Assembly: GCA_965644295.1 (NCBI GenBank)
Contig: CBFFRP010000079.1
Location: 124,001 to 188,000 of the forward strand
Source: Paraphysomonas bandaiensis
Taxonomy: Eukaryota; Protista; Chrysophyceae
Length of the DNA: 64,000 nucleotides
Direction: 5' to 3'
Shown here: one piece after another, positions 12,801 to 25,975 of the stretch
Layout of the letters: the number at the start of each line of letters is the position of its first letter
Position numbering within the stretch: position 1 is the stretch's first letter
The notes under the pieces: model-generated
The model's database searches: none
Told to the model about the DNA's origin: nothing
The model's input: the letters and a program-made list of their open reading frames with translations, nothing else
Translations under genes and position numbers: made by a program

Positions 12801-12883
12801 TGGAGGAAACTCTCACGCATATGTTGAACAATGAAGTAGAAAGATCAGGACCACAGCTATTTGAGCGAGTAGTTGGTGGATGA
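9871..12883 (+). CDS. Ubiquitin-like domain plus about four C2-like domains
   Basis: Exon 1 9871-9918 (MENKADQSQLPTIYIQ), intron 9919-10060, exon 2 to 12883. Ubl-like LIEKMKGIPAYRQQVKLSGGKL; four C2-like repeats (NPFVVV..GHS..PEW, QPFIIVHWNG..GQT..W, YCILYWN..GRT, YCIAYWD..GKT..NPSW), each followed by an L..EVW/DCY strand. Confidence 0.8.
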
Positions 12884-13262
12884 AGGGATGTTAACTCCCA
12901 TCCAAGTTATAGAATGTTAGTTGTCGATTTCGAAGTGGTATTGTATGTAGTAGTGTGACCAGTGCATGACTAAATAGTATCTGGTGCTATCAGATAGATG
13001 AAAAGTATAATGCATGATAGATCAGATTCGTTGATTAGAAGTAGCGGATTGATTATTATCTATGTTTGTTAGTTTCATATGTGTTTCAAGACTAAGTCAA
13101 CATTACTCTTATCTATTACAACTGAATATTTGCTGAATATTGACACGAAACATAAATGAAAAAACAATTTATTAGAAGGAAAGTAGAATTGTAAGGATAT
13201 TAAAGAACTTATGTTAACAGTAAATCGCTTAAACGGCAAGGCATATGGTAGAGGTATGTAAA

Positions 13263-13482
13263 TCACAAGTCGCAGTGAATGCCTTATTATTAGCAACAGG
13301 GGTTTAAGAGTCAGAACTAATTTAGCATTGCAATTTAACTAACTTGTGCTAAACTCTGATATCTACCATTTGACACTACGACGAAAGCTGCTTGCGTGTC
13401 ACCGCAAGCACCAAGGTACAACCACTTTCGCTCTATCAATCAAAGCAAGCGCATTGAGACAGTGGAACGTTGATATACCTGA
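13263..13482 (+). repeat. Dispersed ~220-bp repeat, copy A (homologous to 27311-27535 in opposite orientation)
   Basis: Shared blocks in the same order: AGTGAATG, TAAGAGTCAGAACTAAT, ATCTACCATTTG, ACGAAAGCTGCTTG, CACCAAGGT, AACCACTTTCGCTCTA, GATATACCTGA. Confidence 0.85.
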
Positions 13483-13991
13483 AGAACAGAGTTAGTTTTT
13501 CCGAAGAGACTCTCCGGTATTTATCCCCCACAACACCACGAAAAGGGGCGAGTCCGAATTAGTTGAGGAAATCATAATAGCAATGCTGAATGTGGATGCA
13601 GGCTTGATGACGTTATACAACTGTGTATATTGGTAAGCTCTTATATCGGAGATAAACAGATACTTCATACTCTGATATACATATCATGTTGACTGTCCCT
13701 AATGGGGAGCAAAGGCTACAGATACACAAAAAACCTTCGTGTGTATATATATCTTTGAGTGAGTACATACATACTGTATTGACTTATATGCGATAACTTT
13801 TCACAGAATAATATTTCTAATATATTAGATAATAGAAAGATTGTGCTGTGTATAACAATATAAAATGTTTGCGGAGATATGTCAGAAAAATTGAGAAAAC
13901 CCAGTGCATCAACATTAATAGCCTAGTACTCATAGAGTCCAATCTTTACCCTTCACATCCGTTCTCTGTATCTCTTGTAATAACGCTTCAA

Positions 13992-14432
13992 ACTCCAACA
14001 GCAAAGACGAAGCGATACCCCAAGAATCCACTGGATTGAGTACAATTAGTTCCACTGCGAGAAAAGGGACCGGCTTTCAAGAAATTACGTGCAAGAATAG
14101 GCCTAAACAAATATAATTTTTTAGGGCAGCACAAGCGAGTTATTCAAACTGATAATTACGACCGTACTCAAGGCTCAGGAAGGAAACGAAAAATTGCACC
14201 CAGAGAAGATCATACGGTCAACAGAGAGGTTAACGAGGCTCGACAGATATCTGGAATAGAAATTAAGAAAGGTTTGCCGCAGATACCTGTTTCAGAGCGC
14301 AAGCACAGATTATCGTTCATAGTGGATTTCAAGGAAGCCGTTCATAAGGAGAAGTATCGAAGGAGGTGTGTGGAGTGGACTAAAGCACACAATGAGAACT
14401 ACAAATCATACTGTATAAATGCAAAAGTATGA
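13992..14432 (+). pseudogene. Tc1-type transposase N-terminal (paired HTH) relic
   Basis: Translates ..NPLD*VQLVPLREKG..ARIGLNK..QGSGRKRKIAPREDHTVNREV..ISGIEIKKGL..VSER..(RKPFI in a shifted frame)..YRRRCVEWTKAH, the Tc1 GR(P/K)RK/EDR/KP/W pattern with a stop and a frameshift. No DDE region or TIRs found. Confidence 0.7.
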
Positions 14433-15002
14433 GTAGATTCATTATATCATATGCAAGATATAGTGAACAACATCTCTTATGACTCGTAACACACTGCAAT
14501 GCAGGTTCAACACGACAACTGTAGGCTATAGTCTAGTACATATGCATGGACTAACCCATACAGTCACAGTAATGAAGTAAAAAATATACTCAAAGAAGTT
14601 TGGAACTCCCTACTAGTGGAGATAGTTGACTGCATTGATTGAATCCATGCAAACATATAGACGTTAAGCTGTCCATAGATACATACGTATCGGCATCCTT
14701 CGTATATTTTTGTTCCAAGATGCCTCTAATATTGAGACAACAATCATGTGTATTCCAGCCGTAGTTGTACTGCAGTAATGGAGAGTATTTATGCTTCAAT
14801 TTATTTCCGAAAAATAAGATGCTGACTGCCGATACGTACATAAGCAAGATATGCAACTCAATTTCGCTCATTTCTTGTACAAGGGTGGGGTTTTTAGCAA
14901 CCACAACAACCGGAAAACCCCCATATTAAAAGCTATAATCTTAAAATTACCACTATTGTTCGAAAGCTGTGGAAAACTACACATTTCGTACACTACGTAA
15001 TT

Positions 15003-15334
15003 ATACATACATACATACATACATACATACATACATACATACATACATACATACATACATACATACATACATACATACATACATACATACATACATACAT
15101 ACATACATACATACATACATACATACATACATACATACATACATACATACATACATACATACATACATACATACATACATACATACATACATACATACAT
15201 ACATACATACATACATACATACATACATACATACATACATACATACATACATACATACATACATACATACATACATACATACATACATACATGCATACAT
15301 ACATACATACATACATACATACATACATACATAC
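15003..15334. repeat. (CATA)n microsatellite, ~330 bp
   Basis: Direct reading; ~255 bp upstream of the DOCK start codon. Confidence 0.98.
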
Positions 15335-15589
15335 AGCAGTAGCAGTGTACACTGCTGTAGATGTCTGGGTGGTCTTACATATAGAAATACACGTAGGATG
15401 GTCATATCCTGCTGTCTATATCCTCCTACATATACATATATACACACTCAGGATGTCTCATATATAGATGCATACATACATATAACACCTCACAGCATCT
15501 ACCCCCATCAACATCCTTCCATCAATCACTCATCTACCTCCTTCTTATCCCTTCTAATTACTCACATATATACATAAGCCTCTCTAATC

Positions 15590-18500
15590 ATGTCTGACGA
15601 TATTAAATGTAAGTCATCTATCCACATACATACACATCCTCTAATCTCTCCTCTATTAGCATTACGTACAAGTTTAGGGGGTGTTTCCATGGGATCAGAT
15701 GAAGCTTTATTACGTGAGATTGATTCATGTATAGTAGAATGGAGTAAGAAGTGTGGTAAAGCTTTATGTCATGGTGAAATTGAGGATTATAATCTACAAA
15801 AAAATCAAGTATGTATATATATATATATCGATATTGTTGTATTTTTATGTGTGTGTGTTTATGTGGGGATAGATTTCCACTATTCAGGAATGGAGACGTC
15901 AGATTATTGTGGATAAGAATATGGCGAATATGGCTGCGCGTGAATGTGCTATTAAGCTTATTGAAGCTCAACGACAATTAGATGAATCGTTCTCTATTCC
16001 TCGCACAGATGATGGAGAAGTAGTCACTCACCAGATGGGTTTCTCTGTACACCATCTACTCCGCCTTCATAGATTTATGCAACATAGACTTGTTGAAGGT
16101 GCGTTTCTTCCTTCCACTGTCGCAGAACAATACGAAGCCGAACAGAAATTGGGCATTCGTGCCGTTTCTAATAAAATAGAAAAAATTGATGAGCCTTTAC
16201 ATCTATTTATGGACATGAAAATGGCGATATTCAAGGTATATTGCAACTTGATAACCACTGTGGCTGTATGTCTGCGTGGCTGCAGACGTATAGACAACTT
16301 CATGTGTTTTTGTACTAATAATTGACCACAGATATCTGAGCCGTTCAGAATGTACTTCAGTGTCTGGCGGAAGGACTTAGGGTTCGTCACGGACGAATTT
16401 GTAGTTTCTCTGACGGCAAAGGTAATTGTTGATGTTATCTGCAGATATGTGTTTTATTTCTTGTGCTCAGGGTATGCCCCCGGATAATGCTCTCATTGAC
16501 AGATTGTACACGATATTTTCTAATATGGATGGGTATTTGACATGTGTAGTATGATATACTGTCTCATGCTATATGAACAGGGATGACCTCCTTCAGAATG
16601 CCTACTTGGTGTGTAAGATATACAGGTGCTGACTTATGAATGCCTAATATAGGAATTACATTAATGGTTACCTCTTGTCTACATTAGGTTCGGCGGACTT
16701 CTGAATGATGAAATGAATCCAAATTCACCTGCAAAGTCTCCTGCAAAGAGTGGGTTTGATCCATTTGCAGCCACCTACCAGCGTCCATTTGGGTGCGGTG
16801 TGAAGTCATTCGCCGAACTTAATCTACTGGGCCGAGAGCTTGGTACTTGCTCACCAGCATCGAATCTCAAAGTATATCGACCAACTCGCGATATCGAGAA
16901 GAACTTTGAGAACATCCATGAGGTTATTATATCTGGCAGCGAGGCTGAGAGGGAAGAGGTACCCACTTCGATGGGCATTATGCTCGAGTATTGCGTTATC
17001 AGTGGAAATCTCCATGCCCTAAGAGAAAATGGATTTAAGAAGTGTACCGAATCAGAAAGTCTGCGGAGTAAGTTTTTGGACGCTTCAATTACCAGTCACA
17101 TTGCATCTGACGATATTACTGATCCTCGAGATCAGAGAGAAGAGCTCTTTATCACTTTGGTTGGTGGCGAATTTTCCCAAGGAAGCAAATCGACTGCAAA
17201 GAATATCGAGATAACTGTGCGATGTGTAGGTCCCGATGGTGCGTTCATTCCGAAATGCATTGGGCGGGGACTAGGAAAACAAGCCATGCTGGAAGACAGT
17301 TACTCTACGACTGTGTATTATCACGTAAACAACCCCACATACAACGAAACTGTTCGTATACACCTACCTGCTGTGCCTGACCTTCTTGGAAGCCATTTGC
17401 TTCTAACGGTAGCCCACTGCTCAACTGGGCAGTCAGGTACTACTGTAGGAAGCTTTCGGTCGAGCATGATAGGGGGATCCAAAGAAAAGAAATCACGAGA
17501 TTATTTTGCCTTTGCGTTCATGCCCTTTGTAGATAAGGATGGTGGTGGGGTAGTGCTGGGCGATGGACCTCATTACTTACAGTGTTACAACCCACCCGCT
17601 GATATGAATATGAACCCTGCAGTTTCTGAGCCGTCTTCTGGGCCGACATACATAATGCCCGGTGGGGCACCGTATGTGTCAGACCAGTCCCAATTGAAAA
17701 TCCGCACTTTGAAATCTGGATACACAACTTCTTCTCAAGAGTACATATACTTGCATACCTATGTATCATCAGTTAAATTTACCCACGAGCGGGCAGTTCA
17801 TGAGTTTATTAGGTGGACTAACTGCGAGACCGATGAAAAACTACTTGATGTAATCCATGCGTGCACATCCCTCCCAGATGATTCGACGCTGCATTGCGTA
17901 AGAGAAATTATTGAGAGCACTATACAGATTTTATCACGAAAACCGGGACTAGCGGATGCAGCTTTTAAGCTATGTGTCAATATGCTGGTACTTTTCAGTA
18001 GAAAAGCTGGTGCCATTAATTCTCCGACTACAACAGACAAAAAGGTAGTTTCTGAGAAAGCGAAGCAGGTGATTGATGACCTCTGGAGTACATGCGTTGA
18101 AGAAGCATTCAATAGCTCCCACAAAACTATACACATTGAGTTGGTTCGTTGTCTAAATACTTTGTTGCGGAGAATGCAAGGAGTGAATACTATGACTGCT
18201 GAAATGATGATTTTCCATCGCAACACTGTGTTAGCTGTTCCCATCGTATTGGGACTAGCCATGAAACAGCACATGAAGGGAAATGATGACAGTGCGGCCT
18301 ACGAAATGCTCCAGCAAGAGATGGGTAACGTTGCGCACAATCTCAACGAACTGCTACAACAGAGTTATGAAAATGAAAGCATCCGATCTCTGCGAATCAT
18401 CTTCTTTGATGTGTTTTCTATTGTGGAGTCTTTTTACGACGTTGAGGAAATGGCTCATATTGCAGTGACGTATTTGAGGAATTTACATACTCGGCCGGAC

Positions 18501-21267
18501 GCCCCTTCACGACAAGTAAAGAAAGATAAGTTAGCCTTCCTGAACAGCATACTTCTCTCAAATATTTTTGCCATTGAAGAGAGCCGTGAGATTGTACTAG
18601 GGTGTGCTCTTGATATTTTGTCATTTCATTTCAGTGATTCGAATGGGACTGGAGAGGATAGGGCGACATCTCTAGTTGTTCTACAGGTTCTGCTGGAAAA
18701 GATGGAGGTGTTTGACCCTGAAGATTGCGATGCCTTGTCTCAGGTGCTGGGACCACTTGTAGACGTGACGCACAAGCTAATGCAAGGGGTGCGTGCGAAG
18801 AGACACAGTATCGAGAAATTGGAGGCCTCGGATGGGTCACGAAATCGGCCGCATTCAACACGTAGTCGTCGTGGTAGTTGCGTTGGAAACACAGCCCAGA
18901 TAACAACATCTTTGCTTATGATATCACTTGAAAATGCTGCATGCTGCCTGTGCAGTACGATAAATTTGCTTGGTAGGGATCGTGTGCTTGCATTAATGGA
19001 GGACAAAGACGGCAAGCATAATGGTAAACAATTTTTGTTGTCCCTCGTCGCTGCCATAACACTTATTATTCGGCGAGTAATTATTCCTCAGCCGTGGCTG
19101 CTGCTGAACATGTTATTTCTTAGCGCTGTGAGGGATTTGATAGTATGGACTGCAGAATATATGGAGAAAAATTCTGTCCGCTTTCTGAGTAGTTTGGATG
19201 AGAAGTGGACTTCTCCGTGCGCAATAACAAGCGAAGCTTTAGGTAAATCAAACCCCAGTAGTTCTAATCGCGATTCGCTTAGACTGTCTGTGGTTCGTCA
19301 CCAGAAAGTTGATAATCTGATTCTGTGGTCGGAGATTTTTAATTTGACTTTGTCGATTCTGCTAGACCCCAGTCTTGCTACTGAGTCAGCATCGATGAAT
19401 GAAGCTAAACAAGCTTATCTCACTCGACATTACAAGGACTTTCGCCTTGCTATAATTGATTCCCTTTCAAGAGTATGGTCTGCGCTCTCCGATACTACTC
19501 ATCAGATAAAGTTTGCGGACGTGTATACTGTCCCCTTCATTGCGGTAGCATGTTCTAATTATGAACCCTTGGCTAATACTGGAAAGGCAATGGTATTAGA
19601 CTTACTTCGGTCTGATTTTCAGCTACACGACGGGTTCTACTCCACCGCTCCGCATATATATGACATAGTAAATGTAACTATACTAAACAATAACAACATG
19701 AATATCGACTCGTTGTATATCCCCCCACGAGAAACACTTGCGGCATTCATGGAAGGCGGACTTATGGCCATGTTTAAGGCAGATGCTGTACTGAACTGCA
19801 CTAAGGCACATATGTTTGCATCTGAAATGACAACACTTCTGAACCTTCTAAGAGACTTGTCCGAATGTCGCAAGACTCTTGAATTCGAAGAAGAAAGGTC
19901 CTTTGCTTACGCCAAGCTTATGGATTTCTTTATGGATATGGGACGTAGAGACGCCTATATCAAAGCTGCCCATAGTCTATCGAAAGAAATGGCTAGTTTA
20001 GAGCACTATACGGAGGCAGGAAACGCTATTTTGCTGCACTATAATCTTCTTGATTGGTCCTGTGATATGTTGGAGTCAGTAGACCTTGGAGATGATTGTG
20101 GTGTACTCGACGTAGAGCCTTCTTGGCAGCGAAAGAAGAATCTCATGGAGCAGGCAATCGACCTCCTAGACAAAGGTAAAGCATGGGAAGTATGCGTCAA
20201 GCTGCTGGATGAAATGGCTGAAGTATATAAAACTGTGCGACCTGATTATCTTGAACTTGTGGGTGTGCTTGAGCGCCAGGTAGTATTCTATCGTTCTATC
20301 GCTACAGAGGACCGGTACTTCCCCACTATGTTCCGTGTTGGATATTATGGTCAAGGTTATACCAATGAATCTATTCGGAATAAGGAGTTTATATATCGTG
20401 GCATCCCACTGGAGAGTATCCTCGATTTCAGTACTCGGATTAAGAAGAAGCATCCGAATAGTGAAGTATTGCCTCCGAAAGTTACCCCCAATCGTGAGGA
20501 GCATTTTAACTCTCCACATCAATTTATTCAAATATCCAAGGTGACATCAGCGAATCCTTGCGAAGCGGAAGGTACTCCAGGACCAGATATATCTACATTA
20601 CCTTCTTATATGAAAGCTGATTTGATAAGCAACAATGTCAACTGTTTTTTTTATCAGAGACCTTTTAGGAAGCGTGCGGATAAATCTGCAAACGAATTTT
20701 TAGATCTATGGGTCGAAAGAAAATTCCTTCATACTTCAATTGTATTTCCCAGTCACACAAGACGCGCAGAAGTTACGAAAGAGTCTACCGTTGTCCTCAA
20801 CCCCATAGAAATGGCAGTGCAAGGATTGATAGAGAAAAATGCCGAATTGAAGGAAAAGAATGTCCAAATGGCTGCAATCGCAGATGGTCAAGCTGGGCAA
20901 TCGTTTACGATGTCACTCAGGTATGCTTTGTGCTGAGTTGATTTGTTTATTTTAATTGTATCTGCACAGCGGAACTGTGGATGCAGCTGTCAATGGCGGG
21001 ATAAAGAACTACGAGTCGTTTATTACTGGTTCGTATCGCAGCGACAACCCTGAAATAGCGGAAGACATTGATAGGTGCGCGCAGAAGCACGGAATTGTCC
21101 AGCTATTAAAAGACACTCTACGGGATCAACTTACTATCCTTGATCGTGGGATACAGTTGCACCGCAAGAAGTGTTTGGAATCCATGCAGCCACTACATGT
21201 TCACATCGAAAACCTCTTTGTGAAGATGCGAGGTGAGCTGGAAGTCCTTCTCAGTGATAACATTTAA
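15590..21267 (+). CDS. DOCK-family Rho/Rac guanine nucleotide exchange factor, multi-exon
   Basis: DHR1/C2 (KNIEITV..VYYHVNNPTYNETV..HLLLTVAH) and DHR2 (YTEAG, FRVGYYG..KEFIYR, FYQRPF, NPIEMA, spliced LSGTVDAAVNGG). Several small 5' exons from MSDDIK at 15590; their boundaries are approximate. Confidence 0.93.
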
Positions 21268-21749
21268 CGTATGGAACAATCAAATGCATGTTGCGTGAGG
21301 AATGTATCAATGATGCCGCAATTGTTTTAGTACAGTGCACATAAACGGGCGACATGTTCTTCCAAAAATGAATTACTGTCGGTGATGCCGAGTGAACATT
21401 TTCTGATATCAGCAGTATCATTTGTGGATGTCATATGTCTTGAGTTTGTAGTCGTTTTAATATATAAAAAGAACGCTGTTGTGAACATCCTTGTAGTGTT
21501 GTGTATCTTAGCACTATAATGGAAATGTGCATCTTTGAGGTAGTGACTCTAGTATTACACACTGATCACACACGAAGTTATTATAAAAGGTACCAATGGA
21601 TGATGTCGTGAGTAATGCAGAGTAAACAGATAACATTTGGTCATTACATTAGTATAAGGATGAAATATGTTTAATTTGACAATTACAATAGAAGTTATTT
21701 AGGAAGCGCGTATCGAGTATCTGCTAAGTACGCTAGCTTTTGTAGCGTT

Positions 21750-21850
21750 AAGCACTGACTCTTGAACTAATAATAAGACATTCACTACTAACTACTACTG
21801 ACTCTTACACGCCTATTGTTAGTAATTAGTAATAGCACATTTACTACTCT
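21750..21850 (-). repeat. Two short fragments of the ~220-bp dispersed repeat
   Basis: The reverse complement contains GTAGTGAATGTCTTATTATTAG..AAGAGTCAG and GTAGTAAATGTGCTATTACTA..GTAAGAGTCAG, matching the left end of 13263-13482. Confidence 0.6.
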
Positions 21851-22147
21851 ATACTCTATATAGTTACACATGATGATCATTTCAACCAGTAATGAAGAGT
21901 TGTATCGCGGTTTGACAAAATCAGAAATAAATAAGTGACTATTTGCTGGAGTGCAAGGTGGGGCAACTATTACTTATATTCTACTAATGGAATAATGTAG
22001 AAACCACACAGCTTAATTTAAGCGTACACATGTACACTACGATACAACCCTTTCATATCAATAGTGGCAACTACAGATTTCGTTACATGATGTTCGATTT
22101 CATTTCATATTCTCAATGAAACAAGCCCGCTAGAATACAATAAAAGT

Positions 22148-23452
22148 CTACGAGCGGAAGCTACGTAAGGCCTCGGGCGTGGGTTGTGGGGTAAGCTTGG
22201 AGGCCGCCAACGAATTAATTGCGTCAGAAACACCACTGGAACAAGTCGGCATAACTCTGTACACATAAGCATCAGATGGCAATATTAAGATATATCAAAA
22301 TACATACTAGTAATGCAGGTAACATGTGCTGCGGAATATGACGTTTACTCACCTCATTATGTTAGCGGAATTTCCCGGAAAGTACCACATAGGGGGATTC
22401 TTATCTGTGATAGCTTCTACAATTACATCTACCACCTTCATTGGGTCCTGCATCAAAAACACCAATTATGCACACTAAACAAGCTATGAATTATGCAATA
22501 GGGTTGCGTAACGGACCTCTGCAGATTGATTCATCATGCTGACGTGGTGATCAATAAAACTGGGATCGTATTGCGATGTAATCTCAGCGGGGGCACTTTC
22601 AAATGACTTCTTCGCAGCTGCTAATCCAGCTGATAGAATTGGAGTTCTGCGCAATTAGTATTATACACACCCTCTGTAGTGATACGAAATAGTGCATACA
22701 GTTTTTCTGTGCATATACAGGATGTCGACAAATACCTCATAAACCCAGGGTTTATATTGGACACGTGAATATTCCACGGCTTCATCTCTTCCCTTAGACA
22801 TTTGGCCATACCCTCTACAGCATGCTTTGATGCAAAATAGGGACCAATAGCAGCACCTGAAAGCAGTCCCGCAAGAGAAGATAAGTTAATAATCCTGTTA
22901 TTGCAATTAGTCAATGAGGTGCATGCAACATGAAGTATACCGGCTGCCAGGGTTCTTCTTCAATAGAGGTAACATGGCTTTAGTTACTGCAACAACACCA
23001 AAGAAGTTAACTTCCATAACACGTCGCCAGATGTCCATATCAGTCCAGTCCAATGCACCCCCATCAGCAATCCCTGCATTGTTGACAACAGCCCACACCT
23101 TACAGTCTTTCTCATTAGCCAATTTCTCTGTTTCCATTGCAAGTTTTTCAATATCATCAGCAATACATACATTACATTTCACTGTTTTTGATACAATACT
23201 CTGTAATTTTAGTATTCCTTCATCTGTTAAACAACCAGACACCACATGAAACCCCATACTAGACAAATGCCTAGATAGCATCTCACCAAATCCTGAATCA
23301 CATCCAGTGATTACAATAATTTGCTTCTTATAATTCAATTGAATTTTATTTTTATTAATTTTTTCATATAAAAAATTAAAGAAATTCAAGATGAGAATGA
23401 AATACGAGAGTAAGCCTGAGATGATATGAATGAATGGTGAGGGGGAGGACAT
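22148..23452 (-). CDS. Classical SDR, retinol dehydrogenase/BDH1/17beta-HSD-like, multi-exon
   Basis: N-terminal hydrophobic helix; motifs VITGCDSGFG, VVNNAGI, EVNFFG, RIINLSS, YFASK and NPGFMRTP; stop at 22148-22150. Confidence 0.92.
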
Positions 23453-23638
23453 CTGAGAGATAGAGAGAGATAGAGAGATACAGAGAGGGGGGGGGAGAGA
23501 GAGGAAGGTGTAGTTAGGTAGAGATATAAATTTGATTGAAGTTTTGGGATGTGTTTGATAGATTGAGAGATATGTATATATATATACACCCCCCGGCATA
23601 CACACACACACAGAGCACTGAAGATCTCCAGGGATCTT

Positions 23639-23953
23639 ATGTACGTATGTATGTATGTATGTATGTATGTATGTATGTATGTATGTATGTATGTATGTAT
23701 GTATGTATGTATGTATGTATGTATGTATGTATGTATGTATATGTGTATGTATGTATGTACGTATGTATGTATGTATGTATGTATGTATGTATGTATGTAC
23801 GTATGTATGTATGTATGTATGTATGTATGTATGTATGTATGTATGTATGTATGTATGTATGTATGTATGTATGTATGTATGTATGTGTGTATGTATGTAT
23901 GTATGTATGTATGTATGTATGTATGTATGTATGTATGTATGTATGTATGTATG
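23639..23953. repeat. (TATG)n microsatellite, ~315 bp
   Basis: Direct reading; ~190 bp upstream of the SDR start. Confidence 0.98.
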
Positions 23954-24066
23954 ACTCTACCGTATACTGTATACAGTATATGTGTGCAAGTATGACCGCT
24001 ATATGTGTACGTACGTGTCTGTGTATGCATGTCTATCGCAGTAGCTAGTCTGACTATTCAAATATA

Positions 24067-25914
24067 CAGCGCATTCTCGATATATCGCGGAAAGTGTCCT
24101 GGAGAGGAAATCGCGATATATCGCAATATCGCGATATACAATTTAATAGTAAAATACAGCACTGTATTCCGCAAAGTCATAGAGAACAAGTTTAAGGAGC
24201 TTAAGACTGTGCAATATATCCACAATGTCGTGTCTGTATAGCATAGTACTCCTTGTACTGAATGGCACATGCAAAGAATTTGTGAAATAAGTTATATATC
24301 ATTATTTATGGAATTTATGGTATTCAATTTCTTAACACACTTACTACATTCCTAGCTAACAATAAGATAAAATTATTAAATTTCATGGACTTCAGAACCT
24401 TTAGTACGTGCTGAAAAAAACTGATGCAGAGAAGTTTGTACCTTAGAATGATTCTTGTGCCTTTCTGTATGAATATTATTCTGCACTTTTCTGAGGAGCT
24501 CAATATGCGCTGTTGAATGCCCCTCCTGGGTAGCATAATCGAGTAACATTAAAACAGCATTGTCGGCTTGCACAGCAGTAATAGCACTATCATTTCCATT
24601 GGTGTTAATACAATCATCCTCGTCATCGTCATCGCCTTCGTCCTCTAAAGACATTGACTGCTGAAGTGCAGTGATACTGCTCTTATTTGTTCTTCATTAT
24701 GTGTCATTATAATAAAGAATTGATCTTTATAATAGTAAAACAATGTTGTGATTATTAGAGTGTTAGTAATGAACACGATAGAGTGAAAATTATGAATAAC
24801 AATATAGAACATAGCAATATTCAACCTATGTTGTACAGATGGTATGTACAAACTTAAGCATATACAATAGAGAGCTCATATAGCATAAAATAACCTGATA
24901 GCTGGTTCTTACACGCATTAAGGTTTCCGTAAATTGAATTATTAGTACTTGTCTTATAATGTCACTTGATAATGAAACCCTACTGCTTAACCAATTAAAA
25001 GTTTTCTCATACTCATCCTCTGTATCAAAGTTTGACATTATATGAGAAGTATTAACTTAACAACAGAAGGTAAACTTATACTCAATGCTTCAATTCAGCT
25101 TTCAATTGCCTGCACTTCGATGTTCACTCCAAAGTCATATTACGCATTTGTTTGAGGTAAATATCCCCCAGTGCATTTTCCTTAGTGTACTCTTCAGTAA
25201 GTGCCAAACATGTCTCCGCCTTTTTCGGCTTTTGCCCAAGTTTCAATCAGGTGTCCAAGTGTTGCTATTTGTGAACTCCATGCATTCTCAGGGAATGACT
25301 CCAGAATGGTCTCATGAGCCTCCTGTTATTGAGGGTATGTAACGAAGAAATTTCTCAATAACAGGTATTCGAAGTTCTTGCAGCACGCGACATTGAATAT
25401 CATGAGACATATATCCTTCTTATGAGCAGACGTCCTTCGATGAGAGAAAAAGACTCTTGCGCTTCATTACATTTCATCCTCAGGTTCGCATTCAACGAGA
25501 GTGTCGTCGACAGGATCTTATATTGACTCACTATCACTCATGTTATCAATAAATGTGATTAATATACTATGGATATATGTTCATCTAGAGGTTTTTATGC
25601 TCCCCAAAATCCTTACCCCGACAAAAAATCTACATGGTAAGGATTCCAAATTTTACCCCCCCACTCTCTCTCCAGGGTAAGCATTTTGGTAAGCATTTTC
25701 AAAAACTTACCCCGAAAATGCTTACCAGGGTAAACAGAAATTGATTTTCGGCGTTTTTTGGTAAGGAATGCTTACCAAAAAAATGCTTACCCTTGTAACA
25801 GAAAATGACCTCAGTTTTCCATTATAATTATGTGTGATGAAGTGTCCTGGACCAAAATCCGCGATATAAAAGGGTATCGCGATATACATACCGCGATATA
25901 TCGAGAATGCGCTG
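24067..25914 (-). mobile_element. Non-autonomous pogo/Tigger-like DNA transposon (1848 bp)
   Basis: Perfect 24-bp TIRs CAGCGCATTCTCGATATATCGCGG (24067-24090, 25891-25914) with TA on both flanks and subterminal GCGATATA repeats. A transposase C-terminal relic at 24376-24654 has an acidic tract and ends in VQTSLHQFF. Confidence 0.9.
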
Positions 25915-25975
25915 TACATCAAACCATAATTAACCTACACACACACTCCTCAACACTCTCCATAAAATAACAACA

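Noticed and set aside
14590-14904. 104-aa minus-strand ORF next to the 15003 array
   Set aside because: No recognisable domain or splice structure; possibly TE-derived but unsupported.
16775-20531. Numerous antisense or shifted short ORFs within DOCK, GH3, C2 and receptor genes
   Set aside because: Shadow ORFs of long coding exons with no recognisable motifs.
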